From assembly GCA_964202905.1 (NCBI GenBank), contig CAXNJO010000003.1, positions 288,001 through 352,000 of the forward strand: 64,000 bases of DNA, given 5' to 3'. Below are positions 1 through 10,989 of this stretch, piece by piece (the stretch's first letter is position 1; each line of letters opens with the position of its first letter). The stretch is from Polyangiales bacterium. Its GTDB lineage: Bacteria > Myxococcota_A > Polyangia > Polyangiales > JADJQN01. The notes under the pieces are model-generated. The model had not been told where the DNA came from, made no database searches, and worked only from the letters and a program-made list of their open reading frames with translations. A program made the position numbers and the translations under genes.

Positions 1-188
1 GACGCGTCGACCTGCGCGATGTCCATGCGGCGCCGCTCGCGCCACGGCTCGCCGCCGACCTCGACGGGTCGCTCGTCGCCGAAGCCATGCTCTTCGAGCG
101 ACACGGGGACGGGCCCCTCCGCGCAGGCGGGCAGGACGAGCACGAAGAGCGCGGCGAGGCCGCAGCGCGCGATGGATCGTGTCGTCAT
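1..188 (-). CDS. Lipoprotein, N-terminal part (runs off the window edge); member of the DUF1549/DUF1501-type cluster
   Basis: Manual translation MTTRSIARCGLAALFVLVLPAC-AEGP...RERRRMDIAQVDAS; lipobox; the start overlaps the stop of the upstream gene (GTGATG). Confidence 0.7.
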   Translation of the reverse strand, partial: MTTRSIARCGLAALFVLVLPACAEGPVPVSLEEHGFGDERPVEVGGEPWRERRRMDIAQVDA

Positions 189-1852
189 CACAGCGCCCTC
201 CGATACGTCTCGCTGGTCACGATGGCGCGCACGAGCTCCCGATAGCGGAAATCGCTCGCGGAGAAGCGCAGCGCGAGGTCGCGCGTCCAGGCCTCCTCGT
301 CCTCGCGGAGCGGGCGGCCGACGAGCCACTCGGCCGTGCGGCGCGTCGCACACGCGGTGAAGCGCCCGTCGGCGAGACCGTCGCGCACGAGCCCGCGCGG
401 GCCCTCTCCGATGTACGCGCGATGCTCGGGGCGCAGGAACTCGTAGGCGCGCAGCCGACCGAGGTTGGGCTCGTCGGCGGGCGTGAGCGCGCGCGTCACG
501 TAATGCAGTCGGCAGCGCTCGGGGCACGTCGCGGTGTCGAGCCGACACGCCGCGCATTCCGCCTGGAACTCGGGGAAGTCGGCCGGGTCGAGGTAGGCCC
601 CGCCCTGCTGCGTCCAGCGGCCCCAGTGCGCCGCCGCGGGCTCGAGCTGCGCGTGGCAGTAGTTGCAACCGGGTCGCAACTGGACGTCGGGCTGCTGCGC
701 GGCGACGGGGTCGTCGGGTGCGATGCCAGTGTCCGGCGGCTGGAAGGGCTGGCAGAGAAACGCATCGTAGAAGCGCGCCGCGCGCGCGCGGTTCGTCTGG
801 AAACGCAGGAGGTAGGTGGGCGCGGTGAGCACCCCCGCGTGCTCGGCCGGGAGCTCGACCTCCTGCCACGCCGCATCCCCGAAGCCGACGTCCGGGAGGG
901 CCGCGACGTCGATGGACTCGGGGACGAGGGGCACGCTGTCGTAGCTGTTGCGCTGATGCGTCCAGTAGTGCGTGAGCGCGCCGTTGACGAAGGCGCGGCG
1001 CGAGGTGAGGAGCGCGTGGTAGGGCTCGTCCTCGAGGATGTTCGCCGCGATGCGCCGCTCGACGTCGCCCCGAAACGACGCGAGCACCGCCTTGCGCACG
1101 TCGGAGGTCGGGCACCAAGCGAGATCGGTTCCGCAGCCGCAGCCAGCGTCGCCGATCGCCGCGCGCGAAGCACAGTCGCGGCCCTGCGCCGAAACCGGCG
1201 CGCGCTGCGCGTCGAAGGCGCAGACCTTGATAGTGGTCGAGGGATCCCAGTAGGGCCGGACTTCGACCCAGCCCTCGCGCTGCGCGCCGTCGACCTCGCG
1301 CGTCTGCGGGCGGCCATCGGCCCCGAACGTCGCGGGCTCGTCGAGGCAGGTCACGCCCGCGCCGCGATAGGTGCGCCGCGTGTCGTTGGCAGACTGATCC
1401 CAGATGGCGGTCGTCGAGTCGCGCGAGAGGCCGCGCCGGAAGTGGAAGATCCGATCGACGTTGTCGATGTTTGGCCAGAGCAGCGCCCCGTGGCGGCTCA
1501 CGACGCGCTCGGCGAACTCGGTCGGCGGGGGCGCGCCCGGGGAGAGGCCGAGCCACGCGTCGACGAAGGTCTCCGGCGCTTTGCCGCCCGCGAGCGCGTC
1601 GTACTCCTCGACGGTCGGCACGACGCCGCGCAGATCGAGGCTGAGCGCGCGGAGGTACGCATGATCATCGAGGCGCGGCTCGAGGGCGCGGCAGCTCCCC
1701 GGCTCGTCGCACTCCGCCGGGCTCGGCGTGAGCAGCGACGCGCCGAGCGCCGCCGCCGCGATCACGCCCACACCGCCGAGGACCCCGAACGCGACGCGCG
1801 CGCGGCGCCCCAGTTTCGCGCGGCCCCGCTCCCGCTCTTCCGGTCTCGTCAT
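188..1852 (-). CDS. Secreted DUF1549/DUF1585-like protein with one CxxCH heme motif
   Basis: YLRALSLDLRGVVPT (DUF1549/PSD-like), CNYCH, C-terminal YRELVRAIVTSETY (DUF1585-like); GGAGG RBS before the ATG at 1852. Confidence 0.75.
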   Translation of the reverse strand: MTRPEERERGRAKLGRRARVAFGVLGGVGVIAAAALGASLLTPSPAECDEPGSCRALEPRLDDHAYLRALSLDLRGVVPTVEEYDALAGGKAPETFVDAWLGLSPGAPPPTEFAERVVSRHGALLWPNIDNVDRIFHFRRGLSRDSTTAIWDQSANDTRRTYRGAGVTCLDEPATFGADGRPQTREVDGAQREGWVEVRPYWDPSTTIKVCAFDAQRAPVSAQGRDCASRAAIGDAGCGCGTDLAWCPTSDVRKAVLASFRGDVERRIAANILEDEPYHALLTSRRAFVNGALTHYWTHQRNSYDSVPLVPESIDVAALPDVGFGDAAWQEVELPAEHAGVLTAPTYLLRFQTNRARAARFYDAFLCQPFQPPDTGIAPDDPVAAQQPDVQLRPGCNYCHAQLEPAAAHWGRWTQQGGAYLDPADFPEFQAECAACRLDTATCPERCRLHYVTRALTPADEPNLGRLRAYEFLRPEHRAYIGEGPRGLVRDGLADGRFTACATRRTAEWLVGRPLREDEEAWTRDLALRFSASDFRYRELVRAIVTSETYRRAL

Positions 1853-1863
1853 CGCGACCTCCC

Positions 1864-3306
1864 TCATTCCCGGAATCCGCCGTATTCCCACGCCTCGAAG
1901 AGCGCGAACTGCCGCTGGGACAGCGGCGCACGACCGAGCGGCATGCGCCCGGTCTCGACGTTCGCGCGGACGTCGGCGATGCGCGCCGCCCAGTCCGCGG
2001 GCGATGCGAGGCGCGTCACCGCGGGCCCCGCAGCGCCGTGGCACGGCGCGCAGTGTGTCGACTGGAGCGGCTCGATGTCGGCCGCCCACGACGCCGTCGA
2101 GATCAGCTCGAAGGTGCGGCGCGCGCGGAAGGGCAGCGTGCCGTCGTCGAAGGCGACCTCGACCGAGAGCGCGTACACGCCATCGTCGAACCCATCTTCT
2201 GAGATGGTGACGCGGAGCGGGTCCTGCGCGACGGGAAGCGACGCGTCGGCGACGCGCGCGACGACGCGTGGATTCGCCGCGCCGAGCACGTCGACCGCGT
2301 ACGTCGCGCCCATCACGACGACGGCGCCGTCGGCGGGCCCGTCGATCACGACGTCGTGGCGCGGCGCGTAGCGGACGAGCGCGCTCGACCCGCCGGACCC
2401 TTCCGCGACGATCGTGTAGAGCGCGCCATCGACGCCGACCCGCGCGCGCGCACCCACGGAGACGTCGCCGCGCACCTCGTGGAGCCGGCCGTCCGCGTGC
2501 AGCCACGCCCGCCCCGCGTCCCCCACGAACCACGCCACGTCACTCTCCGCCGACGTCAGCACGCGCGCCACGGAGACACCGTGCTCGACGAGGCGGCGAT
2601 CCGCGCCGAGCGAGACGAGCCCGCCATCGAGCACGAGCCAGAGCACGCCCGCGGCGTCCGCACCCAACGCGGAGGGCTGCGACGGCAGCACCAGCCGCGC
2701 CGTACGGAGCGCGCCCGCCGCATCCGTCCAGAGCTCGAGCACGCGATCCGGCAGCCGCACCCAGAGCGACGCGGTGTCCCCGCGCGCGCCCGCCGCGAGA
2801 CTCGCCCGCGCGAAGTCGCCCTCGAGCCCGAGCCGCCGCGCGACGCCGTCCCGCACGCGGTAGAGCGACGACGCGGTGCAGATCCACAGCTCGGGTTGCG
2901 CCGCGATCGTGCGCGCCGGGAGCACGGCCGCGTCGACGATCGGCCCGTCGAGCGCGTCGCCGAGGGGCGAGGGGAGCCACGCATCGCCGCGGAGCACGAA
3001 GGTGCCGGTCGTCGTGAGCGCGACGATCGCGCCGTCGAGCGTCGTCACCGCACGCAGCTCGCCGACGCCATCCGCTGCGCCGAGCGCGACGGCCGCGAGC
3101 GTGGGGCGGCGCGGATCGAGCGCGACGAGCACGCCCTCCCGCGCGCCGACGACCCGCCCGTCGGGGAGCGGAACGAGCGCGTCGCCCGCCGCGGCGAGCA
3201 GCGTCTGCGCGAGCGGCTGCACCGTCGCGACGTCGTCCGCACAGGCGGCGACGAGGACGACGATCCCCGCGATCGCGAACACGGTGGGCGAGACGCGTGA
3301 CCTCAC
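1864..3306 (-). CDS. Lipoprotein with beta-propeller-like region and C-terminal c-type cytochrome domain
   Basis: Lipobox VLVAAC; C-terminal CAPCH plus downstream GRMP (axial Met); start codon approximate. Confidence 0.7.
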   Translation of the reverse strand: MRSRVSPTVFAIAGIVVLVAACADDVATVQPLAQTLLAAAGDALVPLPDGRVVGAREGVLVALDPRRPTLAAVALGAADGVGELRAVTTLDGAIVALTTTGTFVLRGDAWLPSPLGDALDGPIVDAAVLPARTIAAQPELWICTASSLYRVRDGVARRLGLEGDFARASLAAGARGDTASLWVRLPDRVLELWTDAAGALRTARLVLPSQPSALGADAAGVLWLVLDGGLVSLGADRRLVEHGVSVARVLTSAESDVAWFVGDAGRAWLHADGRLHEVRGDVSVGARARVGVDGALYTIVAEGSGGSSALVRYAPRHDVVIDGPADGAVVVMGATYAVDVLGAANPRVVARVADASLPVAQDPLRVTISEDGFDDGVYALSVEVAFDDGTLPFRARRTFELISTASWAADIEPLQSTHCAPCHGAAGPAVTRLASPADWAARIADVRANVETGRMPLGRAPLSQRQFALFEAWEYGGFRE

Positions 3307-3384
3307 AGGCGGGGACGATACCGCACCGAGCGCGCCGCCGTCTCGCCGCGTCGTGTCACATCCGCTCCGTGTATCCTCGGACGC

Positions 3385-6300
3385 ATGAGTCGGTCCGTCG
3401 ATGGCGATACAGCCCGCCTGCGGCGCTCGGTGCAGCGCGCCGCGCTGCTCGCGTGGCTCCTCGGGCTCCTCGGTTGCGAGGGCGCATTCACGCAGCCGCG
3501 CCCGCCCACACCGACGGGAGGCGCGTCGACCCCGTGTGCGGCCCTCGGCGTGCCCGTGCGCCTCGAGCCCGCGCGCGCCGAGACGGTCGCGGCAGGCACG
3601 CTCGTGCTGCGACCGACGGGCGGGCTCGGCGGCTATCGCTTCACGCTCGCGACGAACCAGTCCGGCGCGTCGGTCGATCGCGCGTACGGCGTGTACGTCG
3701 CGGGCGCGCCGGGCGACACGTACGCGGAGCCCGTCGACGTCGTGATCGTCGAGGCGCGCGGCTGCACGGGCCAGGCGAGCGCCTCGATCCGCGTCCACGA
3801 CGCGCTCGCGATCGCGCCCGCCGGCGTCATTGCGGTCTCGCCGGGGCAGCGCGTGGATTTCGCGGCCACGGGCGGCACCGGGCGCTACGCGTGGTCGCTG
3901 CGCGACGCGCGGAGCGGCGGCACGCTGAGCGACGCCGGCGCCTACGTCGCCGGAAGCACCGAGGGACGCGACGTCGTGCGCCTCACGGACGCGACCCTCG
4001 GCGCGACGATCGAGGCGGAGGTCGAGGTGCGCGCGGGCGCAGGGCTCCGCCTCACACCGCAGCGCTTCGTCGTGCCGCTCGGGAGCGTCGTCCCGCTGCC
4101 CGTCGCCGGAGGCAGCGGGACGGTCCGCGCGACCTCGAGCGCAGCGGGCATCGTCACGACCGCCGACGTCGGCGCGACCCTCACCGCCGTCGCCGCGGGC
4201 GACGCGGACGTGACCGTCACCGACACGTACACCGGCGAGCGCGTCATGGCGCGCGTGACGGTCGTCGCGCCCGGCGAGGCCGCGCGTCGACAGCCGGGCG
4301 ATCGCTCGGAATCGCACGTCTTCGGGGGCACCGCCGACCTCGACGGAGACGGCCTCACCGACGTCGTGGTTGGCCTCCCCGACTGGAACGCCGACTGGCT
4401 GCAATCGGGCCTCGTGCTCGGCTTCCGCGGCACGCCGGACGGGCTCGATCCGACGCCCGCCTTCGCGCTGAGCGGCACGACGCGCAGCCAGGAGTTCGGC
4501 CGCTCCGTGGCGCTCGCCGACCTCACCGGCGACGGGCGCATCGACCTCGTCGTCGGCGCACGACGCGACGATCCGACGGGTACGGACGTGGGCACGGTGA
4601 GCGTCTACGCGGGCACCGGCGAGGCGACGTGGTTCGCACCGGCGCCGGCGCGCGAGTTCTTCGGGCGCAGCGGCTTCGACCTCTTCGGAAACGCCGTGGC
4701 GATCTGCGACTTCGACGCCGACGGGCTGCGGGATCTCGCCGTCGCCGCGCCCTTCGCCGAGCTGAGCAGCGCGGTCCGCGACCACGGGCTCGTCTCGATC
4801 TTCCTCGCAGCGTCGCCGCGCTACGAATTCCTCTCGACGCCGAACGTGGTGCTCTCCGGCGCGCTGCCGGGCCCCGATGGCGCGTGGGCGCCCGTGCCGT
4901 CGATGCGCTTCGGCGAAGCGCTCGCTGCGGGCGACTTCGACGGCGACGGGGCGTGCGACCTCGCGGTCTCCGCGCTCTCGCCGGGCACCGCGCGCGTCGA
5001 GGCGGGCGCCGTCTTCCTGTACCGCGGCCGCGCGAGCCGCCCCGGCGCGCCCGGCGGCCTCGACGCGCGGCCCGCGATCTACTGGGCCGAGCTCGCCGAC
5101 GTCGACGCACGCGGGCGCTTCGGACACGCGATCTCGCTCGGCGACACGGACGGCGACGGGCGCGCGGATCTCCTCGCGGGTCATTTTCTGCACGACGCGG
5201 CGAGCGGCAGCGACGCGGGCGCGCTGCACCTCTTCCTCGGGCGCGCGCTCGACGGCGAGGCCACCGTGCCGACGCCGCTCTCCGACGCCGCGTGGATGCT
5301 CGAAGGCGGCAGCGGCGATCGCCTCGGCCAATCGGCGCGCATCCACACCCGCGCCGACGGTCGCGTCGAGTTCGTGAGCGGCGCGCCGCGCGGCGGTGTG
5401 CCGATGGGCCTCTCGCGCCCCGGCGTGTTGCGCGTCCACGCGGCCGACGGCGCCGCGACGCCATCGACGCCCGCGCGCGAGATCGAGGGCGCCGCCGCGA
5501 ACGACTGGCTCGGCATCGGCGCCGGTCCGCTGGGCGATGTCGACGGCGATGGGATCACGGATCTCCTCGCATTTTCGCCCTATCGCGACGGTGCGGAGAT
5601 CGAACGACGACCGCGGCGGGCTCTTCGCGGCGCTCTCCGACGGCGGCCTCGTCGAGCTCACGCTGCCGTTCCGCGCGTCGGGGCAGCGCATCGCACAGGG
5701 GCTCGCGTTCGTCGGCGACCTCGACGGCGACGGCCCGCCGGAACTCGCCGTCGGCGCCCCCAACGCCGACATCGCCGGCCCCGGCGCGAGCGGCTCGAGC
5801 CTCGGCCGCAACGTCGGCGTCGTGCGCGTCTACCGCGGCACCGCGAGCACGCCCTTTCAGACGCTCAGCGGCTTCGTCGGACACGGCGACAGCGACGAGT
5901 TCGGCTGGGACGTGAGCGCCGCCGGCGATGTCGACGGCGACGGGCTTCCCGACCTCGCCGTGCTCGCGCGCTCCGAGGACATCCCGACGACGCTCGACCC
6001 GGCGCTCTACGAGGTCGGCCCGGGCTGCGAGCGCCGCGACAACACGGGCGCCATCTACGTCTTCCGCGGGCGCAGCGATGGCAACTTCGACACGGGGCCC
6101 GCCTTCGTCTACTTCGGCCCCGAGGCGAACCAGCGCATCGAGCGCATCCTCGGCGGCCTCGACCTCGACGGCGACGGCCTCTCCGACCTCGTCGCGGGTG
6201 CGCGCGAGTGGGACGCCGCGGGCACGAACGCGGGCGGCGTCGCGATCGTCCGCGGCCGCGCGCCCGTGGCCGATCGCATCGTCGCGATCTGCACGCCCGA

Positions 6301-7063
6301 CACGCTCGTCCCCGGCGTCGCAGGCGAGCGGCTCGGCGCAGCGCTCGCACGTGCGGGCGACCTCGACGGCGACGGCTGCGACGATCTCCTCGCGGGCGCC
6401 CCGGAGGCCGCACCGACGGGCGCGCCGCGCGTCGCCGGCGCCGTGCGCGTGTTCTTCGGTGCAGGGACCGCCTGCGCCTCGACCGCGGTCCGCAGCGTCA
6501 CGCTCGTCGGCACGAGCGCCGACGCGCAGGCCGGCAGCGCGCTCTCCGACGCGCTCGACGTGACGGGCGACGGCGTCCCGGATTTCGTCGTCGGCGCGCC
6601 GCGCTTTCGCGACGCACGCGGCGGTGTCGGCAGCGCGGTGCTCGTGAGCGGTGCCTACGTGCGCGCTGCGATCGGCGCCGCCGATCCGCGGCCCCTCGTC
6701 GAGCCCGGCGCCGCGCAGCGCGTCTGGACGGGCACGGGCGCCGGCGAGCGGCTCGGCACCTCGGTCGCGCTCGTCGCCGGCCCGGATGGCGCGCCGGTCG
6801 CGCTCCTCGGTGGCCCGTTCGGCAGCACGGCCGGCCGCGTCGACACGGGCTCGGTCGTCGTCGTAACCATCGCACGTGATGGCTTCGGCTCGAACATCGC
6901 GATGCAGATCGCCGGCGAATCCAACGGAATCGGCCAGCTCGGCGAGACGCTCGCTGCCGTCCGCGCCGGCACGCGCACCTTCGTCGCCGTCGGCGCGCCC
7001 TTCTCGAGCCTCGTCGCACGCGAGGACGGCGCCTCGTACGCCTTCACGCTGCCCGCGCCCTGA
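3385..7063 (+). CDS. Large FG-GAP/integrin-alpha repeat lipoprotein with N-terminal Ig-like repeats; one frameshift near 5600
   Basis: Lipobox LLGC; many D[LVF]DGDGxxDLxVGAP repeats continue across ORFs 3385..6879 and 5396..7063, switching frame at ~5599. Confidence 0.85.
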
Positions 7064-7177
7064 GCGCACACGCGCGCATCGCGCCCGGTTCGACGGGAGC
7101 GCGCCCCCCGCGCGCCTCGATTCGACCGCGACACGCCGACGACGGCGTCGCCGCGATCCCCCGCGCCGACTAGGGCC
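7064..7177 (+). repeat. Left copy of the ~113-bp direct repeat flanking the island
   Basis: 7077-7177 matches 23597-23697 with one mismatch; gcgcacacg is also shared at the left edge. Confidence 0.95.
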
Positions 7178-8517
7178 TCGTGCACTTGCGGTGTTGTGAT
7201 TGCGGGCAAGAGCTTGTCGTCGCGTTCTCGTGCAAGAAGCGCGGCTTTTGTCCGTCGTGCGTCGCGCGGCGCATGTCAGACGCGGCCGCGCACCTCGTCG
7301 ACGACATGCTCTTCGAGGTGCCGGCGCGACAGTGGGTGTGCTCGCTCCCGTGGCGACTGCGCATCTTGCTCGGCAACGACAGGAGGCGTTGCGCAGCGGT
7401 GATGTCGGCGTTCACGGGCGCAGTGTCGCGCTCTCTCCGACACCGGGCGAAGGCGCGGCTCGGCTTGCCGACTATGGAGGACGCACACGTCGGCGCAGTG
7501 ACCTTCATCCAGCGCTCGGACTCTGCATTGCGCCTCAACGTTCATGCGCACTCGCTGTTTCTCGATGGCGTGTATGTGCGTGACTCCATCGGCGCGCTCG
7601 AGTTTCACGCGCTCGGCGCGATCGGCAGCGACTCGAGCACGTGTTGCGCTACATGGCGCGGTCGCCTCTGGCGCTCGACCGGCTGTCGCTGCGCGAACAT
7701 GGCGCGCAGGAGCGTAGCGACGAGCACCTTGGGACAGGTCGTCGATCGCTTCAAGAAAGCGTGGCGCGACGGGACGCACGCCGTCGTGCTCTCGCCCGCG
7801 GACTTCATCGCGCCATCGCGCGGAGAGCGCGCGCAGAGAGAGCGAAGCGAGCCGAGCACGCCGAGCACGTGTGTGTGCGCTCGTGCCACCTCCTCGCTGT
7901 CACTGGATGCGCTACCTCGGCGTTCTCGCGGGTCACTCGTTGCTCCGTGCGGAGGTCGTGCCGAAGAGACTGGCCGCGCCGCCAAAGCAACTCTCGCTGT
8001 TCGATGAGATGGACGAGCCGACGACGTCAGCGAAGAGCACCACAAAGAAGACAGCCGAGCCGTCGCGACATCCATGGAGTTGGCTCCTGCAGCGGGTGTT
8101 CGCGGTCGATAACTTGAAGTGCGAGAAGTGCGGCGGCCGGCTGCGCATCGTCGAGATCGCGAAGAAGCCCGACGACATTGCGCGCGTGCTCAACGAGCGC
8201 GGCTATCCGAGAGCGCCGCCCGACGCCGAGCCGCGAGCGTCAGCGTATGGACAGCTGCGGCTCGTGCTCGGTTGAGCGGAGCGGCACGGTGAGCGGAGCG
8301 GCACGGTGAGCGGAGCGGCTGCGCACAGCGCGGTCAGGGAGACGTGCGTCCGCCGCACGAACATGCGCTGAAAGTGGGCGCTCGAGGCACGTCGACGAGC
8401 CTCCGGCAGAGCAGCATCGACGCCGAGATTGTGCTCCACGGCACGCCCGTATAGCGTTCCTCGAGGATGGAGCGTCATGGAGCACGACCGAAAGGGCGAC
8501 CGGATGGGCTATACGCG
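7178..8517 (+). mobile_element. IS91/ISCR-like rolling-circle element remnant, copy 1 (5'-truncated, internally deleted, divergent 3' end)
   Basis: Zn-finger CCDC...AFSCKKRGFCPSC, HUH motif LNVHAH, RYMAR, RYLGVLA, C-terminal CEKCGGRLR; terminus CCGGATGGGCTATACGCG. Confidence 0.9.
8273..8319 (+). repeat. 17-bp tandem repeat (TGAGCGGAGCGGCACGG x2.7)
   Basis: Directly visible at the transposase stop codon. Confidence 0.9.
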
Positions 8518-9000
8518 GCGCTATCGCTCCTGATCGCGGCGTGCGGTTCTTCCCAGGGCTCCGCTGATGGTTCGGTCGCTGACGCTCCGGCCCCTCCCGC
8601 CGCGACGCTTCGCCTCGGCGAGGGCGCGGCGGCGTTCCGCGCCATCGAGGACGGCGACACGCTGCTCGTCGCGATGGGATGTCAGGGAAGTCAGCACGTG
8701 TGGATGTCGCTTCAGAGCGAGGGGCTGGAGCCGCGGCGCATCACCGTCGAACTGTCGCTGTCGCGCGTGAGCGACGGGAGCCTCGTCACGCTCCCTTTCC
8801 GCATCGACCTCTCGTTCACGCCCGATGCATCCGGCGCGTTCGCGCAGATCACGGGTGTGACGCTGCAGGTCCCACTTCCCGACGAAGCGCTCGGGCAGGA
8901 TCTGCTGCTCGTCGGGCGCCTCGCGGATCGAGCGGGTGTGACGGCGACCTCGCAGCGTCGCGTGCGGATCGCGTGGGGGACCGAGATCTGCTCGGTCTGA
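8467..9000 (+). CDS. Hypothetical lipoprotein; its first ~17 codons derive from the IS end
   Basis: Lipobox LIAAC; GC-rich codon usage; the ATG lies inside the oriIS-like end. Confidence 0.6.
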   Translation: MERHGARPKGRPDGLYAALSLLIAACGSSQGSADGSVADAPAPPAATLRLGEGAAAFRAIEDGDTLLVAMGCQGSQHVWMSLQSEGLEPRRITVELSLSRVSDGSLVTLPFRIDLSFTPDASGAFAQITGVTLQVPLPDEALGQDLLLVGRLADRAGVTATSQRRVRIAWGTEICSV

Positions 9001-9012
9001 GCGTCGCGCGTC

Positions 9013-10911
9013 TCAGCGGAGCGGAAATGCACCCCGATAGTACGTGTCGACCGCCTCGACGATGCCACGCGTGCTGATCAAGTAGTTGGTCGGGTGCGAC
9101 GCGGCGCGCGGCAACGAGTCGATCTGGAATCGATCCTCGTACACGCGCTCGGAGCCGTTGAACGCGATGACCGCCGGTGGCGCGAGGTACCCGTGGTGGC
9201 CCACGTCGGCGGCGCTGAGCGCCCAGCGAGCGACGTAGCCATCTGCCGCTATGTCGGACTCGGTCAGGAGAAATGGTGTTGCGCCGTCGTCAAGCACACC
9301 AAGCGCCCCGAGGTACGTCGAGTCCTCGATCACAGGCCACATCGCAGCGCAGTCGCGCGCGAAGAAGATCGCGAGGGAACGCCGCCCCGTGACCGGAATG
9401 CTGACGACTCCGCGCGGCGCCACGACCTGTACCTCCGGGAACGGGTCGCCGGCGGCGGGCCGTTCGGTGGGTGGCGTGCTCGACATCGGCCGGAAGGCGA
9501 CGGGCAGGCTCACGCCCGCGCTACCTCCAGCGCTCGCGAACGTCACGTAGATGGACTCGCCGGGCGTGGCCGCGAGCGGCGCGAGCTCGGCAGGGGTCAG
9601 CGTCATCGTCACCGTCTCCATCGCTCCCACTCGCGCGCTGATGGGCGTCGAGCCGAGGTGCGCGGTCACGTCGAACGGCACATCACCTTCGTTGCGAAAC
9701 GGGATCGTCGCGCCCGCGCCCGCGGGCAGGTAGATGCCTCGCGGCATGTCGATCTCGAGTACATGACCCGTTCGGTCCGTGGCGAAGCGCTCGACGAAGA
9801 TCCAGTCGCTCGTGATGAAATCCGAGCCCGCGAAGCGCCCGGAGAGCATCACGCCGCCGTCGCGGTCGTCTCGATGTCCCGAGGCCGAATAGCCGACGAG
9901 TCTCGGCGGCGTCGCGGAGAGATCGTAGAGGTACGCGCCCGTGAGCGTCGTCAGCGCCAGCAGATCGCCGTTCAGGTCAGCTCCAGTCACGACGGCTTGG
10001 GGACTCACGCTCGCGATCACGGACGGCACGCCACTGAGGTCGACGACCACCGCGCCGGCCGAGCCGAGCGCCACCGCGGCGCGGTCTCCGCGAACGGATA
10101 GGTCCTGGGGCGTGCCGGCGAGCGCCAACTCGTGCGCGACGGTCACTGCCGCCCCCGCGCCGTCGAGCACGAGGAGTCCACGGTCGGCAGACAACGCCAC
10201 GAGGTGCTCGGCGTCCGCGGACACGAACCGCACGTTCCCCGTCACGGCGGTGGCCACCGCGGCACGCAGTCCGCCTCTGGGGTCGATCGCAGAAACCCGC
10301 AGCCCGGCATCGAACTGCGCGAGGTAGAGGTCGTCCCGCACCACCGCCAAGTCGCGCACGCCTGCCGTGGTCAGCGGGAGTGATGCGGCGGCGCGCCACA
10401 CGGGGTGCTCCGGGTCCCCGACGTCGTACGCGGTCACGCGGTCGGACTCGTCGGAGCTGCAGTACATCGTCGACGATGCGCCATGGATGGCGAGGGTCGT
10501 GCAGCGAGGTCGCGGGGTCTCGTCCGGGCGGACGAGCGTCGCGAAGATGGACCCGTCCGGCTCGAGCGCGAGCGTCGTGAAAGAGTCCCAGCTGTTGGCG
10601 ACGTACGCGACGCTCCCGTGGATCGTTACCTCGCCGAGGTGCCCACTCGGAATCGGGATCTCGTATTGCTTGCGCAGCGGGAGACCGGAGAGCACAGGCT
10701 CGATCATTGATCCATCCGAAGCCGTGCCGCCATCTCCCGCGTCCGTGGAGCCGTCCGCCGGCGAGCCGTCCCCCGTGTTCGCGTCGTCGTCTGCGTCGCT
10801 CGCGCCTGCGTCGCCAGAGGCGACCGCCTCGTTCCCATCACACGCCACGAACAGGACCGCGACCAGCGAGAGAACGCTCCAGGAGAGACGACATTCTTGG
10901 ACCGCGAGCAT
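9013..10911 (-). CDS. Lipoprotein with LVIVD-like beta-propeller repeats and a C-terminal thioredoxin/peroxiredoxin-like domain
   Basis: Lipobox FVAC; repeats such as VRGDRAAVALGSAGAVVVDL; C-terminal GDPFP...IFFARDC...HPTNYLISTRG. Confidence 0.65.
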   Translation of the reverse strand: MLAVQECRLSWSVLSLVAVLFVACDGNEAVASGDAGASDADDDANTGDGSPADGSTDAGDGGTASDGSMIEPVLSGLPLRKQYEIPIPSGHLGEVTIHGSVAYVANSWDSFTTLALEPDGSIFATLVRPDETPRPRCTTLAIHGASSTMYCSSDESDRVTAYDVGDPEHPVWRAAASLPLTTAGVRDLAVVRDDLYLAQFDAGLRVSAIDPRGGLRAAVATAVTGNVRFVSADAEHLVALSADRGLLVLDGAGAAVTVAHELALAGTPQDLSVRGDRAAVALGSAGAVVVDLSGVPSVIASVSPQAVVTGADLNGDLLALTTLTGAYLYDLSATPPRLVGYSASGHRDDRDGGVMLSGRFAGSDFITSDWIFVERFATDRTGHVLEIDMPRGIYLPAGAGATIPFRNEGDVPFDVTAHLGSTPISARVGAMETVTMTLTPAELAPLAATPGESIYVTFASAGGSAGVSLPVAFRPMSSTPPTERPAAGDPFPEVQVVAPRGVVSIPVTGRRSLAIFFARDCAAMWPVIEDSTYLGALGVLDDGATPFLLTESDIAADGYVARWALSAADVGHHGYLAPPAVIAFNGSERVYEDRFQIDSLPRAASHPTNYLISTRGIVEAVDTYYRGAFPLR

Positions 10912-10989
10912 GGCTGCATACGCTACCACGCAGCCGCTCTCGAGCGGGTGTACTGTCGCCCCGTCTCGAACCCGACTCCCACCGCCGCC

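Noticed and set aside
5590..5610. Programmed frameshift in the FG-GAP gene
   Set aside because: No slippery motif; similar single indels elsewhere suggest sequencing error.
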